63,823 nucleotides of DNA, filler included, from an uncultured Methanosarcinales archaeon (GCA_964398115.1; 4 parts of 4 records of this genome joined end to end with filler, not necessarily neighbours in it); one strand, 5' to 3'. Shown: positions 18,149 through 27,711, counted from the whole stretch's first letter. A program made the numbers and translations. Notes: generated by a model from the letters alone, not told the origin.

Positions 18149-21100
18149 TTAACTCGCCGAATTTTCCGACATTTCCGCGTTTTCTAATGGATTAGCTGGA
18201 CACTGTAACGAGCTAAATATACCTTCCAGTCTTCCTTGAATTATATTTTTCACTTGCTGCGTTTTTTGACTATATAATTGCTGCAAAACTCTTTGCCTGG
18301 TTTGTGCATCCCATAAACTCACTACTTGAGTCAGTACATCTTTAGGCATTACTTTCATCATTTCATCCATCGCTCTAGCTTTAGCGTCAGCACTTAACGA
18401 ATTTATTTCTTCATTAACTAATTGTACTATTTGATCTTCATCGAGTTGGTGAAGTTTTTCATATACTTGCTCTATCCTTTGTGAATCAACTTCAGGCATT
18501 ACTTGTTCTAACATTATTTCTTGAACTTGCACTCCATACTTGCCATCAATGACATCCCTCACTAATTTGTCTATTTGTTCTCTAGTGAGTTGCAAGTCGG
18601 TAACTAACTCTCGCATTTCCTCTTCGCCTGCTTCTGCGTTGAATTCAAGGTTGGTTTCGTGCAAATAATTTATGCGTTGATCTAAGTTGATTGATACTCT
18701 CCTACCTTTTTTCAACATTTCAGCTTTCCTTTCCACTGATAGTTCCGTCACAGTTTGTTTTGCAGCTTTCAAGATTAATTCTTGACTGGACTCGCTGAGT
18801 TCGGATACTTGTCTTGAAGTTTTCCTTACAAAGTTCTTTTTGTCTTCTAGTTTGGTCACGTTTGACAATTTATGCCTGGCTTTCCTCTTCCACTCTTCTG
18901 GTATTTCTCTATCTTGTACGAGATCTTGATACGTTTTTGACTTTTCTTCTGCTGTCCTTACGACTTGTTGTATGTTGTTTCTAAACTCTTCAGAGTTGAA
19001 TTCGTTTTCCACATCTCTTATGGCGTTGGTGACTACGTTATCACTTAATTCTTCACTTAGTCTGGTTTCTCCTACTTGCTTTGCTATTTCCGAATCGCCT
19101 ATTACTTGAATCGCTTTTGCTGGATTACCACTTTCTACGGCGTTGATGAAGTCGTCAGCGTTTTGAGTTATTTTAACGTAAGAATCTTTTATTTCACCTA
19201 GTCCGAGGAATTCTAACATTCTTTTCTCTATTGACACAAACTTTTCACAAGCTTGGATGGGTTCACCTCTTTGCCCGTTGCTGTCCATAGGGATGAGTGT
19301 CAAGCAGTAACTAGGGCTGGTCATTTGAGCTAGTTGGTTCATGAATTCGTTCCCACAAGTGTTCATAATGAAGCTTGTCTTATCTTGAATCTTTCGTGTT
19401 GGTATCTTTCTTGCGAAGTGCACGTTCCCATTTTCTCCTATGACTTTCATGTATTCACACGCTTTATCTTTTATCTCGGTCAATTTTTGTATCATGTCGA
19501 CTTCACTTTCTAGGTTTTGTTCTGCCCTTTGCACGTCTGATTGTAGATCGTTGAGGTATTGGTTGTCGACGCTAACTACTGAGTTTTCACTGCCTACATC
19601 TATGTCTCCTGCTGGGGTGTTTAGGCTGCACTGTACTTGGAATGCGGAAATGTCTGAAGTTTCTGGAACGTCTAGTTGGACTTGTAAAGCTGCTTTTTGC
19701 TGGTTGGGTAACATTTCCAGAATGCTTGGAGGAATTCCTAGTGCTAGGCTTAAGCCTTGAGTCACTACTTGTTCTTGTACTTGGCTGAACAAGTCTTGGT
19801 TGGATTTTTCGACTTGTTCCATGTTTACATTCACGTCTTCTTGTTTTGGTTTTTCATCTCTTAGTGTGAGTGCGAATTTAGAACGGATTGGTTTCTTCAC
19901 AGTGTTTCCATTTTCTTGTATTTTGTATTCTTTTCTTGACTCTGCGCATACGAGGAAGGTTCTCCTGTTCTCTGGGCATAACCCGATAGCTTGTTGGTTT
20001 TGTCCTTGTCCTGAAATCCCTCCTGCTACTTTTGTCAGTACTAATTTGTCTTTATTATTTTCTGGCTTGTATAAGTTCAAACTTTTATAGTCTCCAGATA
20101 GTTGTGAAGATTCTATTTCTATGTTGTTCCCCTCTTTCGTTATAGTTATGGAATCTAGTTTTTCGTTTGTATCGGCGGGTTGTGGATTATAATATGTGGT
20201 GTTTGTTTCCAGGTCGTACACTCTTTTGACGGGTTCTTCCATCTTTATCTTTTGACCTTCTAGTTTTATCTCGTAGTTTTTCGGATCATCTATTTCTGTC
20301 AAGTTCAATCTACAAACGCATCTGGCTCGATCGTTGGCAAGGCAGGTTTCAAATTCTTCCACTACTTTATAGAAGAAGTCGTATTGTTCGCATTGGCTAA
20401 CGTCATTGTAGAGTTTATAGGAATTATTTTCTGAATTGTATTGTCTTATTTTTTCTTTCAAGGTGGCTTGGGGGCTTTCATACGTTTCTTCCCAGGTGTT
20501 TCTCGCCCAGGTTATAACGCTTTGCATGTGTTTGGTAATGCCAGGTAGTTCCAAATCTGTTTTTACTTTGAAGTGTGGCATGACGGTATAGTTTGAACCT
20601 TTATTGAAGTATCCTTGATTAAGTTGTCCTTGTTCGCTTGTTCCTACGCCGGAGCATTGGCTTATACTTTCTTTGTCATAGCTTATTGTGTCTACAGTGC
20701 CTCCTCCGTATAGGTTTAGACAGTTATTAGCGGTAGGACTTGTTTGAGATTGTAAACTCTCGAGTTGGTTTTCGCTGTAAAAGCAGAAAGGATTCCTTCC
20801 TGTTTGTTGGTTTTGGCTTGTGTAAATTCCGAAGTGTAAGTGTTCTGCGCTGGACGCTCCGGTGTTACCCATCGTTCCGATTTGTTGTTCCTTATTTACT
20901 TTGTCTCCAACGTCTACGTTGACTGTTTCAAGGTGAGCGTATCTTGTGTGAAGGCCGTTGTCGTGTTTTATATACACGTAGTTGCCGTATCCGTTGCATT
21001 TTCTTTCACAATCTGGGTTGGGTTGGCATCCTTTTGGACCGCAGTTGTACAAGCTGCATGTTTGTTGTTTGCAAACATCTATCACTTCTCCACTTGCTAT

Positions 21101-21841
21101 GGACTTGATTGTTTCTCCACCTCGGTTTCCGAAGTCGATGCCGTCGTGGAATCCGTCTCCGTGTTGTCTTTGTCCGTAGCAGGAAGTAACGGCTGAGTCT
21201 TGTGCTGTTACTGGCAGAGCTAGGTCTTCATCTTGTATTGAAATGTTTTGTACCGTTGGACCTGCTATTCTTGGTCGTCCCACACCTTTTTGAACTTGTA
21301 CTGTTATGGGTTTTTGAGCTGTGCCTTCTATCACGTATTCTTCTCCTTTCTTTTTCACTTTAAATTCGTAGTTGTTTAAAGGTATGTTTACAGCGGGGTC
21401 GGGATATTTTGCTAGGTAGGATTTCATGTCTGTCTGTAAGAATTTGCTGAACGTGTTGAATTCTGTTTGTGGTTCGCAGAATTGTTGTTGTGTGGACCAT
21501 CTGTTGTAAACAAATTTTGAACAATTAGTTTGTTTCACGGAGAACACGTTGTCGGCGCCGTCAATTCCTTCTTGCCATTCACCTCCTTGGTCGTTGTATT
21601 CTTCAAAGCTTTGACGCATCGAATACTTCGCTGCTTGGTCAATATAGGTTCTTGCACTTTCTGCTTTTTGAATGGTTTCTAACAACGCGGTTTGTGCGTC
21701 TCCAATCTTTCTTTCCTCTCCTTGACTGTTTTTAATGTTGAGTTCTCCTTTCACTGCCATGTAGGAAAATATTAGTAGTGAGATGAGGGTGATTAGTACT
21801 ATGAGGCTGTACACGTATCCTTTCTTACTTTCAATTTTCAT
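18149..21841 (-). CDS. 1230-aa pilin-like-signal protein with an M23 peptidoglycan endopeptidase domain
   Basis: KKG|YVYSLIVLITLISLL; HDGIDF, GYGNYVYIKH, TRYAHL, IGTMGNTGAS..EHLHF. Confidence 0.9.
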   Translation of the reverse strand: MKIESKKGYVYSLIVLITLISLLIFSYMAVKGELNIKNSQGEERKIGDAQTALLETIQKAESARTYIDQAAKYSMRQSFEEYNDQGGEWQEGIDGADNVFSVKQTNCSKFVYNRWSTQQQFCEPQTEFNTFSKFLQTDMKSYLAKYPDPAVNIPLNNYEFKVKKKGEEYVIEGTAQKPITVQVQKGVGRPRIAGPTVQNISIQDEDLALPVTAQDSAVTSCYGQRQHGDGFHDGIDFGNRGGETIKSIASGEVIDVCKQQTCSLYNCGPKGCQPNPDCERKCNGYGNYVYIKHDNGLHTRYAHLETVNVDVGDKVNKEQQIGTMGNTGASSAEHLHFGIYTSQNQQTGRNPFCFYSENQLESLQSQTSPTANNCLNLYGGGTVDTISYDKESISQCSGVGTSEQGQLNQGYFNKGSNYTVMPHFKVKTDLELPGITKHMQSVITWARNTWEETYESPQATLKEKIRQYNSENNSYKLYNDVSQCEQYDFFYKVVEEFETCLANDRARCVCRLNLTEIDDPKNYEIKLEGQKIKMEEPVKRVYDLETNTTYYNPQPADTNEKLDSITITKEGNNIEIESSQLSGDYKSLNLYKPENNKDKLVLTKVAGGISGQGQNQQAIGLCPENRRTFLVCAESRKEYKIQENGNTVKKPIRSKFALTLRDEKPKQEDVNVNMEQVEKSNQDLFSQVQEQVVTQGLSLALGIPPSILEMLPNQQKAALQVQLDVPETSDISAFQVQCSLNTPAGDIDVGSENSVVSVDNQYLNDLQSDVQRAEQNLESEVDMIQKLTEIKDKACEYMKVIGENGNVHFARKIPTRKIQDKTSFIMNTCGNEFMNQLAQMTSPSYCLTLIPMDSNGQRGEPIQACEKFVSIEKRMLEFLGLGEIKDSYVKITQNADDFINAVESGNPAKAIQVIGDSEIAKQVGETRLSEELSDNVVTNAIRDVENEFNSEEFRNNIQQVVRTAEEKSKTYQDLVQDREIPEEWKRKARHKLSNVTKLEDKKNFVRKTSRQVSELSESSQELILKAAKQTVTELSVERKAEMLKKGRRVSINLDQRINYLHETNLEFNAEAGEEEMRELVTDLQLTREQIDKLVRDVIDGKYGVQVQEIMLEQVMPEVDSQRIEQVYEKLHQLDEDQIVQLVNEEINSLSADAKARAMDEMMKVMPKDVLTQVVSLWDAQTRQRVLQQLYSQKTQQVKNIIQGRLEGIFSSLQCPANPLENAEMSENSAS

Positions 21842-22379
21842 CTTGTTTCCATCCTTTAATGTCCATTTGGATAGGCTTTTTCTCGTTTGGGACGGGGAGG
21901 TATATCCGTCCGGTAAATCGGTGGTCTTTTCCGGTTATCAAATCTCTCATAGTTTTTTGTATTGTACCCATTAGTGTAGGGGAAGGTTGTTCTAAATCCC
22001 CGATGGTTAGGCTTTCCCCTGCCGGATATTTTATTCTTATCCCATATGGTAGTTTTGACCTTTCGTATTCAGGATGTATTTCTCGCATTTCCATTTTTAT
22101 TTCATGTTTTAAAGTTTCTCTAGCTTCTGAATCTTCGTAGCTATAAACTACCAGGTCTGCTATCGTGTCTACTTCGGAATTTCCTGACAATTGTACATTG
22201 GTTGGTCTTTTCAAAAGGTTGTTTAAGAAATGTTCTGAGGTGGTGGCTGTGAATCTTGCTTTGGTTATTTCATTTTTTTGTGCGCTTTCCCAGTTTATGA
22301 GTGTGAGGAATCCTGCGAATACTAGGAGGTATAGGACGAACATTATCACGGTTCCTATCACGCTTTGTCCCTTGTTCAT
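21831..22379 (-). CDS. Pilin-like (class III signal) protein
   Basis: MNKG|QSVIGTVIMFVLYLLV. Confidence 0.75.
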   Translation of the reverse strand: MNKGQSVIGTVIMFVLYLLVFAGFLTLINWESAQKNEITKARFTATTSEHFLNNLLKRPTNVQLSGNSEVDTIADLVVYSYEDSEARETLKHEIKMEMREIHPEYERSKLPYGIRIKYPAGESLTIGDLEQPSPTLMGTIQKTMRDLITGKDHRFTGRIYLPVPNEKKPIQMDIKGWKQDEN

Positions 22380-22867
22380 TCTGGCACCGCCACTTTCACA
22401 TCTAGTATTCCTTTGCTAGTGTTTCCGTCTTTCATTATATTCACGGGAAGCCTTTTATGATAGAGTTCTGGACTTCCTATGCCTACGAGTCCTGCTTGTT
22501 GTAATGGTCTCCAAGTTTCGTATTGTTCTTTGTTATAGTAGATTGTTTGTTCATCGCCGTTTTTCACGTTTGTAAGTGTGACTTTTGCCGCCCCTACCAA
22601 GTTTGACTCGTAGTTTATCGCACCGTCTAGGGTTGAAGTGTTGAACTTCTCCCAAGATATAGTTCCTGGGCGTGTTCGTCCCATGTCGTCAACATAGCTT
22701 ATAGTGCTTGGAGAGTATGCAATCCTTGCAAATATCATTTCTCCTCTCACTCTTGCATCTTCGAATTCGTTTCCTGAAAAGTTTTGTATTATTATCAGTA
22801 TGGATATGAATCCTAGCAGGGTTAAGGTAACGATTTTAAACCAAGTTTTGAGTGTAAAATCTACCAT
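22376..22867 (-). CDS. Single-TM protein of the pilin-like cluster
   Basis: N-terminal hydrophobic helix without a basic KKG leader; translationally coupled. Confidence 0.65.
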   Translation of the reverse strand: MVDFTLKTWFKIVTLTLLGFISILIIIQNFSGNEFEDARVRGEMIFARIAYSPSTISYVDDMGRTRPGTISWEKFNTSTLDGAINYESNLVGAAKVTLTNVKNGDEQTIYYNKEQYETWRPLQQAGLVGIGSPELYHKRLPVNIMKDGNTSKGILDVKVAVPE

Positions 22868-23284
22868 TTAGGATCCCTCTTTGAAAAGCCAAGAAGTTTG
22901 GTTTTTCACAATAGTTATGTTATCAGATATCATTCCTGACTTGATATAGTCTAGGTTTGGGTCTGAAGCGTAGGGTTGTTCTATCCCAGCTCTTTGCTGT
23001 ACTGGCTCGTCGCTCTCATCGTAGAAAGTGATTCTATTCTTTGTCGCGTTGAACTCTATCGCATATTTACTTCTTATCTCGTAAGGAAAGTTTACGTTTC
23101 CTGGAGCCGCTAATACTCCGTCTGCCAGTAAAGAAATGTCTTTAGCGTAGTATTTTCTATGAAGGTTTGAGTCACCCACCACGTTGTTTACCATCATGTA
23201 TCCGAAGATTACTATAGTAGCGGCGAGGACTATTTCTACAGCAACTTCAAGAGTTTGATTTTCACCTTTTCTGTAGAGAGACAT
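22868..23284 (-). CDS. Pilin-like (class III signal) protein
   Basis: RKG|ENQTLEVAVEIVLAATIVI. Confidence 0.75.
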   Translation of the reverse strand: MSLYRKGENQTLEVAVEIVLAATIVIFGYMMVNNVVGDSNLHRKYYAKDISLLADGVLAAPGNVNFPYEIRSKYAIEFNATKNRITFYDESDEPVQQRAGIEQPYASDPNLDYIKSGMISDNITIVKNQTSWLFKEGS

Positions 23285-23325
23285 GACGAATTCAATGTCG
23301 ATTTCAGTTTATATATCTGACGCTA

Positions 23326-24402
23326 TTATTGGCAGAAGTATTTGGATGTCCCTGCCGATGTGAGTTCTGCTTTTACGTTGCATCCGAGTTGGCAAGGATC
23401 CATTGCGCAATGGGATCCTTCTACTTTCGTACAGTCTTTCGCAGTTCCTGTAATAGTGGTGCCCCCGCAATAGTCGTTGCATTCATCTATTTGGGAACAG
23501 TCTATCTGTCTGTATTCAGAAGTTGTCCCTGTAACCTTGCAATATCCGGTTCTGTATGCTTTTCCGTCGCAAGCACATAATTCGGTTATTTTTCCGTCTT
23601 CACATTTTTCAATTTGGATTGCTTCGCACCGGTTCGTTGTGGAATCTTTTCGGCAGTAGTTGGTGATGACACCTTTGATTACTTCATCCGTGTAGCTATT
23701 TTGACATTCTTCATCACTGTTTTGAGAACACTTTTGTAGATGTTTATATCTGTATTTTGTGTGTGGTCCTGAATCTGTTATTAGCACGTGTTGGCGTCCG
23801 TTTTCTGTAATTTTTTCTATGTAGAATTCGTTAAGTTTTCCTATATTGTCTCCGTAAATTACAAAATGTGTTTTTTTGGATTTCATATTATCTGGCAATT
23901 CTTCATAAGCTTGTATATTTACGTTTTTGCTTTCCGCTTTTTTGTCTGTTAAAGGGGGGATTTTGTGTGCTCCCATGAATTCAAAGTTTTGATTGAAATC
24001 CCAGCAGTTGACTATTTCTCCATCGCCGTCGCCTATGTGGAAGTTGTATAGACACATGCAGGTTTGTGTATTGCACCTGTCGGGTTTTCTTACTGTCTTT
24101 ACTTCATCGTCTATATTTACTCTTACTCTTTCTCTCGCTCCGTTGTCAAATCCGGCTAGGGAGAATTTTTCTGGTATGAACAAGCTGTCTGTGGTGTAAC
24201 TCATTCCTTCTTTGCTTAGCAAGTTGTTTATTTTGTCCTTCATCTGTATTGCTTGTTCTTTTGCTGCTTCAGCTTCTGTCGTGTCTCCTGTCACTATGTC
24301 CCACGCTTTGAGTGTTAATGGAAATGCGAATAGGAGAACTACGCCTAGAAACACTATTTTTATAATGTTTTCGAGAGAGAGTAAATCTCCTTTTCTACTC
24401 AT
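23326..24402 (-). CDS. Pilin-like protein with Cys-rich C-terminal region
   Basis: MSRKG|DLLSLENIIKIVFLGVV; many C-terminal Cys. Confidence 0.75.
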   Translation of the reverse strand: MSRKGDLLSLENIIKIVFLGVVLLFAFPLTLKAWDIVTGDTTEAEAAKEQAIQMKDKINNLLSKEGMSYTTDSLFIPEKFSLAGFDNGARERVRVNIDDEVKTVRKPDRCNTQTCMCLYNFHIGDGDGEIVNCWDFNQNFEFMGAHKIPPLTDKKAESKNVNIQAYEELPDNMKSKKTHFVIYGDNIGKLNEFYIEKITENGRQHVLITDSGPHTKYRYKHLQKCSQNSDEECQNSYTDEVIKGVITNYCRKDSTTNRCEAIQIEKCEDGKITELCACDGKAYRTGYCKVTGTTSEYRQIDCSQIDECNDYCGGTTITGTAKDCTKVEGSHCAMDPCQLGCNVKAELTSAGTSKYFCQ

Positions 24403-24412
24403 ATTCTTTATA

Positions 24413-25081
24413 CTATGCCGTATTTATACAGATTGATCCTTCATCATATTCGAAATTGGAGAATGAATCGTCTTGACCGGAAAGCCATCCTTTGTTAACG
24501 TGGATATCTTCAACATCTCCATCATTTTTTGAGTGGAATATTTCTATGATACCGTCTCTGCCTCCACACATATCTAGAGGTATTACTTTGCTATGTATGA
24601 TTTCGGAATTTGTTCTGTAGAATTGTATTCGTGCTATGCTATTGTCCCCTTGCTTCGTAAATTCTATTACTAGATTGGTATCTTCAGTCATTAGATTTAG
24701 TGTTTTTTGTGTTGCTTCTTCGCAGAGTCCTTGTTCTCCTTCATTGTTCTTGCAGGAAATCAGTAGTTGTATCATTTCAGAAAAGGATTGTGTGTATTGA
24801 GCTTCTTTTTTCGCCTTCTCAGTTTGAGGTATACAGCAATTAAGTTTTTCTTCTCTGCATTCTCCTCCTGTAACTTCAGTAGTTACGTATCCTTCATCAC
24901 AGGTTTCTTTACAAACTCCATTTCCGGCTGGTCCGCCGCATGCTTTACCTGCGTTACTAAGCTCTTTACCGAAGAGTTCAATAGATTGTATGCAACATTC
25001 AAGCATGACAACCATTAGTACTCCAACGATTACTACGGTTCCTAATGTTCCGAGTAAGGTTAGACCTCTTTTGTCCATCAT
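24413..25081 (-). CDS. Pilin-like protein with defensin-like Cys motif
   Basis: DKRG|LTLLGTLGTVVIV; C-x8-C-x3-C-x13-C-x6-CC. Confidence 0.75.
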   Translation of the reverse strand: MMDKRGLTLLGTLGTVVIVGVLMVVMLECCIQSIELFGKELSNAGKACGGPAGNGVCKETCDEGYVTTEVTGGECREEKLNCCIPQTEKAKKEAQYTQSFSEMIQLLISCKNNEGEQGLCEEATQKTLNLMTEDTNLVIEFTKQGDNSIARIQFYRTNSEIIHSKVIPLDMCGGRDGIIEIFHSKNDGDVEDIHVNKGWLSGQDDSFSNFEYDEGSICINTA

Positions 25082-25117
25082 GACTTTCTTTAGCTTTTTC
25101 TTCTTATTTAATACTTA

Positions 25118-25849
25118 CTAACTTTCAAATTCGCAATTTTGTCCTTGGACATGCTCTACATAGCAGATGTCGGCGTTTTCTCCACATCCTAAGCCATTAT
25201 AGGCTCTAAGTGCTCTGTTCCAACCTTCGTATTGTTTGTAATGCTGTCTGTAGTCGGTGTAGTCGTAGTTGTCTATTTGTTTGTAATTGTCCGCGTCACA
25301 GTGACTGTTGATTTTGCTGTGATATTCGCTTTCACTCCAACTAGTTGCTTGTTCGTGTTTATCTTTTAATATTGCCAGGCCGCATTTGATGTTTTGTGTT
25401 TTATTCTTTAAGTCTGCGTCTGGGCAGATTGATTCTGCCGTGTCAGGATTTATTTGCATTATCCCGTATGACAATCCGCTACTTACCACGTTTCCTTCTG
25501 AATTGCAGTGCCTCATATTGCTTTCTTGCTGTGCAAGGTCTCGGACTAAAGGCCATGGAAGTTGTCTCGTAGGGGGGAGATCGCTGTTGAATTCTTCAGT
25601 TAGGGTTTGTAATTTTTGTTGGTTTTCGTCTTGAGTGTCGTCTCTATATGCTTGGGGGCACGGCCATGTTTCTCCTGGTTGGTTTTCTTTGTTGGTAACT
25701 CCTAGCAAAGTGTCTTTAAAACTCGCAACTAGTCCTTTTCCGGTATCTCTTGTAGGGATAACAACTGATTTTAGTACTATCACTGTTATAGCTGCTACTA
25801 TGAAGAGTGTGAGTATCGTACGCCAGGTTATTTGTCCTTTTTTCATCAT
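25118..25849 (-). CDS. Pilin-like-signal protein with soluble lytic transglycosylase (SLT/GH23-like) domain
   Basis: Likely start MMKKG|QITW at 25849; SLT motifs QQESN (catalytic Glu), YGIMQI, NIKCG..IL, ALRAYNG. Confidence 0.88.
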   Translation of the reverse strand: MMKKGQITWRTILTLFIVAAITVIVLKSVVIPTRDTGKGLVASFKDTLLGVTNKENQPGETWPCPQAYRDDTQDENQQKLQTLTEEFNSDLPPTRQLPWPLVRDLAQQESNMRHCNSEGNVVSSGLSYGIMQINPDTAESICPDADLKNKTQNIKCGLAILKDKHEQATSWSESEYHSKINSHCDADNYKQIDNYDYTDYRQHYKQYEGWNRALRAYNGLGCGENADICYVEHVQGQNCEFES

Positions 25850-25980
25850 CCGAAAATCATTTCTAGTGTTGAAGTTCCTGTTTCTGACCAGACTTGTTGT
25901 AGTGTAAGCCATACGACGAGTACGAGTGTGGCTATTATGATTGCTATGAGGACCTGTTTGCTTATTCCTTTTTTATGCAT
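25846..25980 (-). CDS. 44-aa minimal pilin (not in ORF track)
   Basis: MHKKG|ISKQVLIAIIIATLVLVVWLTLQQVWSETGTSTLEMIFG; AGGAG SD; stop overlaps the SLT start. Confidence 0.8.
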   Translation of the reverse strand: MHKKGISKQVLIAIIIATLVLVVWLTLQQVWSETGTSTLEMIFG

Positions 25981-25998
25981 GATTATTTTTCTCCTTTA

Positions 25999-26916
25999 CT
26001 ATGTTTTTATAGGTATTGGTTCTCTTTCACAATCTAGGTTTTGCAAGGTTTCATTGTTGTATTCTGCGAGGATTGTTTGTGATACGTGTTCAGGAGTTGT
26101 TTCAGAGCTTATTTTGAACAGTCCTGCTTGCACTCCAACCCATGTTATCCCTGCAGCTGTTATTCCTGTTGCTCCAACTGCCCATCCAGCGGTTACAATG
26201 CCTAAGCTGTATCCTATAAATGCTGTTTTTCCTCCTGCTAAGACTCCTGCTCCTATCCCAATAGCGTTTCCTAACTTTCCGGTTTTTGTATTACCGCTTA
26301 TTTGATCTAAGAATTGTTGTATTTCATCTCTTCCTTTCGAATAGACGAACAGGGTGGCGTAGTCTTTGTCCGTGTTTAAACCCCAATTTTTAACATTTGA
26401 TGCTTCATCTAACTTTTGTATTTGCTTGTTTAAACTTTCCAGGGTTGAACTCCCTACGGTTGAGTATCCGCTTAAGTATTCCAGATAGGTCATTTCTTTC
26501 CGGGGTATTTCGTTTTCTGCCATGTATTTGTAAAGGCCGGTTATTTCTTTTTCTCGTCCTTCAAAGCTTATTATGGAGCACGTGTGGCAGTAAGTGGCTT
26601 CTTCTTGGAATAGGTTTTCGTCTCCTTCTGAAAAGCTGTACCAGCATTTCCTCATTTCTTCTGCTAGTTTTTCTTTCACGTTGTTGGATGTTTGTATGGT
26701 TACTTGCCTAGTTGGGCATTGTATTTCACTTGCAAATGTTCTTCCACTCCACATCTTTTGTGCGGCGTGTTTTTCTGTTTCTCCTCTGCACTTTCTAACT
26801 TCTAAACTTTCTTGCGTGTTGAACATTACGGGCTTGAGGATTAAGATTAGTATTATCAAGGCGGCAGTGGTTATAACGGCGGATGTTAACAATTTTTGTC
26901 CTTTATTCGAGTACAT
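25999..26916 (-). CDS. Pilin-like protein with glycine-zipper hydrophobic hairpin
   Basis: NKG|QKLL; LAEEMRKCW...C..C; GIGAGVLAGG...GWAVGATGITAAG. Confidence 0.75.
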   Translation of the reverse strand: MYSNKGQKLLTSAVITTAALIILILILKPVMFNTQESLEVRKCRGETEKHAAQKMWSGRTFASEIQCPTRQVTIQTSNNVKEKLAEEMRKCWYSFSEGDENLFQEEATYCHTCSIISFEGREKEITGLYKYMAENEIPRKEMTYLEYLSGYSTVGSSTLESLNKQIQKLDEASNVKNWGLNTDKDYATLFVYSKGRDEIQQFLDQISGNTKTGKLGNAIGIGAGVLAGGKTAFIGYSLGIVTAGWAVGATGITAAGITWVGVQAGLFKISSETTPEHVSQTILAEYNNETLQNLDCEREPIPIKT

Positions 26917-27568
26917 GGTCGCACCTTAACTGGTTGAACTTGTCTTGTGTCATCAACATTACTGAACTATCGGCGTTGTTGAAGATAACGTCGGACCATG
27001 GTATTGTCATTCTGTCTTCGCTGAATGCTTGGTACATGACGTAATATGTTCTAGTCGTGTCTAGGTTGTTTTCAATTAAAGCGGTGTAGTTTTCGACATT
27101 AGGATAGAGGAAACTGGTGTATTTTTCTTCTCTATTCCGTATGGTTTCTTCTGATAGGAATTGTTTGAAGTTTGGGATATTTCCTGTTCTGACGTTGTTA
27201 TCAAATTTTATTTCGGCGCATTGGAAGCATACTGTGTCTCCTACTCCTACTAGTTCTTTATCGAAAGGATCTAGTTCTCCTTGTTGGAATATTTCCCAGC
27301 ATTGTCTCATGTTTTCGGCTATTCTCTTCTTGGCTTTGTCTTGATCTATTTCTTCTTGTGTGATGGTCATTTCTGCTTTGTCGCATGTGAATTCTAATAT
27401 GTTTTCGCTTGCTACTGCTTTTTGTGCTGATAGTTTGCACATGTCAAATTTAAGTTCATCTTTAGAGCTGGCTATTAATTTGTCTGTAGTTAATGTTATT
27501 GCTATCACGGCTCCTATCACGAGTGCTATCGCTATTAGTTTTTCTATAGCTATGCCTTTTTTGTTCAT
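26903..27568 (-). CDS. Pilin-like protein, paralog of 25999-26916
   Basis: MNKKG|IAIEKLIAIALV; IAENMRQCW.F..G...F.....CFQC..I.F. Confidence 0.78.
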   Translation of the reverse strand: MNKKGIAIEKLIAIALVIGAVIAITLTTDKLIASSKDELKFDMCKLSAQKAVASENILEFTCDKAEMTITQEEIDQDKAKKRIAENMRQCWEIFQQGELDPFDKELVGVGDTVCFQCAEIKFDNNVRTGNIPNFKQFLSEETIRNREEKYTSFLYPNVENYTALIENNLDTTRTYYVMYQAFSEDRMTIPWSDVIFNNADSSVMLMTQDKFNQLRCDHVLE

Positions 27569-27660
27569 AAGAATGACTCCTTGAATTGGACTATTAAGAG
27601 TATTAGAGCTATTAGGCCGAAGCTGAATAGTATGAGCATTGCTAGTTTCTTTAGGGACAT
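27565..27660 (-). CDS. 31-aa single-TM peptide (not in ORF track)
   Basis: MSLKKLAMLILFSFGLIALILLIVQFKESFL; ATGA overlap with the next gene. Confidence 0.5.
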   Translation of the reverse strand: MSLKKLAMLILFSFGLIALILLIVQFKESFL

Positions 27661-27711
27661 CAGTTCGTTATTAGGCAGAAGATTGTATTAAAACATTTCC
27701 CTCAAATCTTT

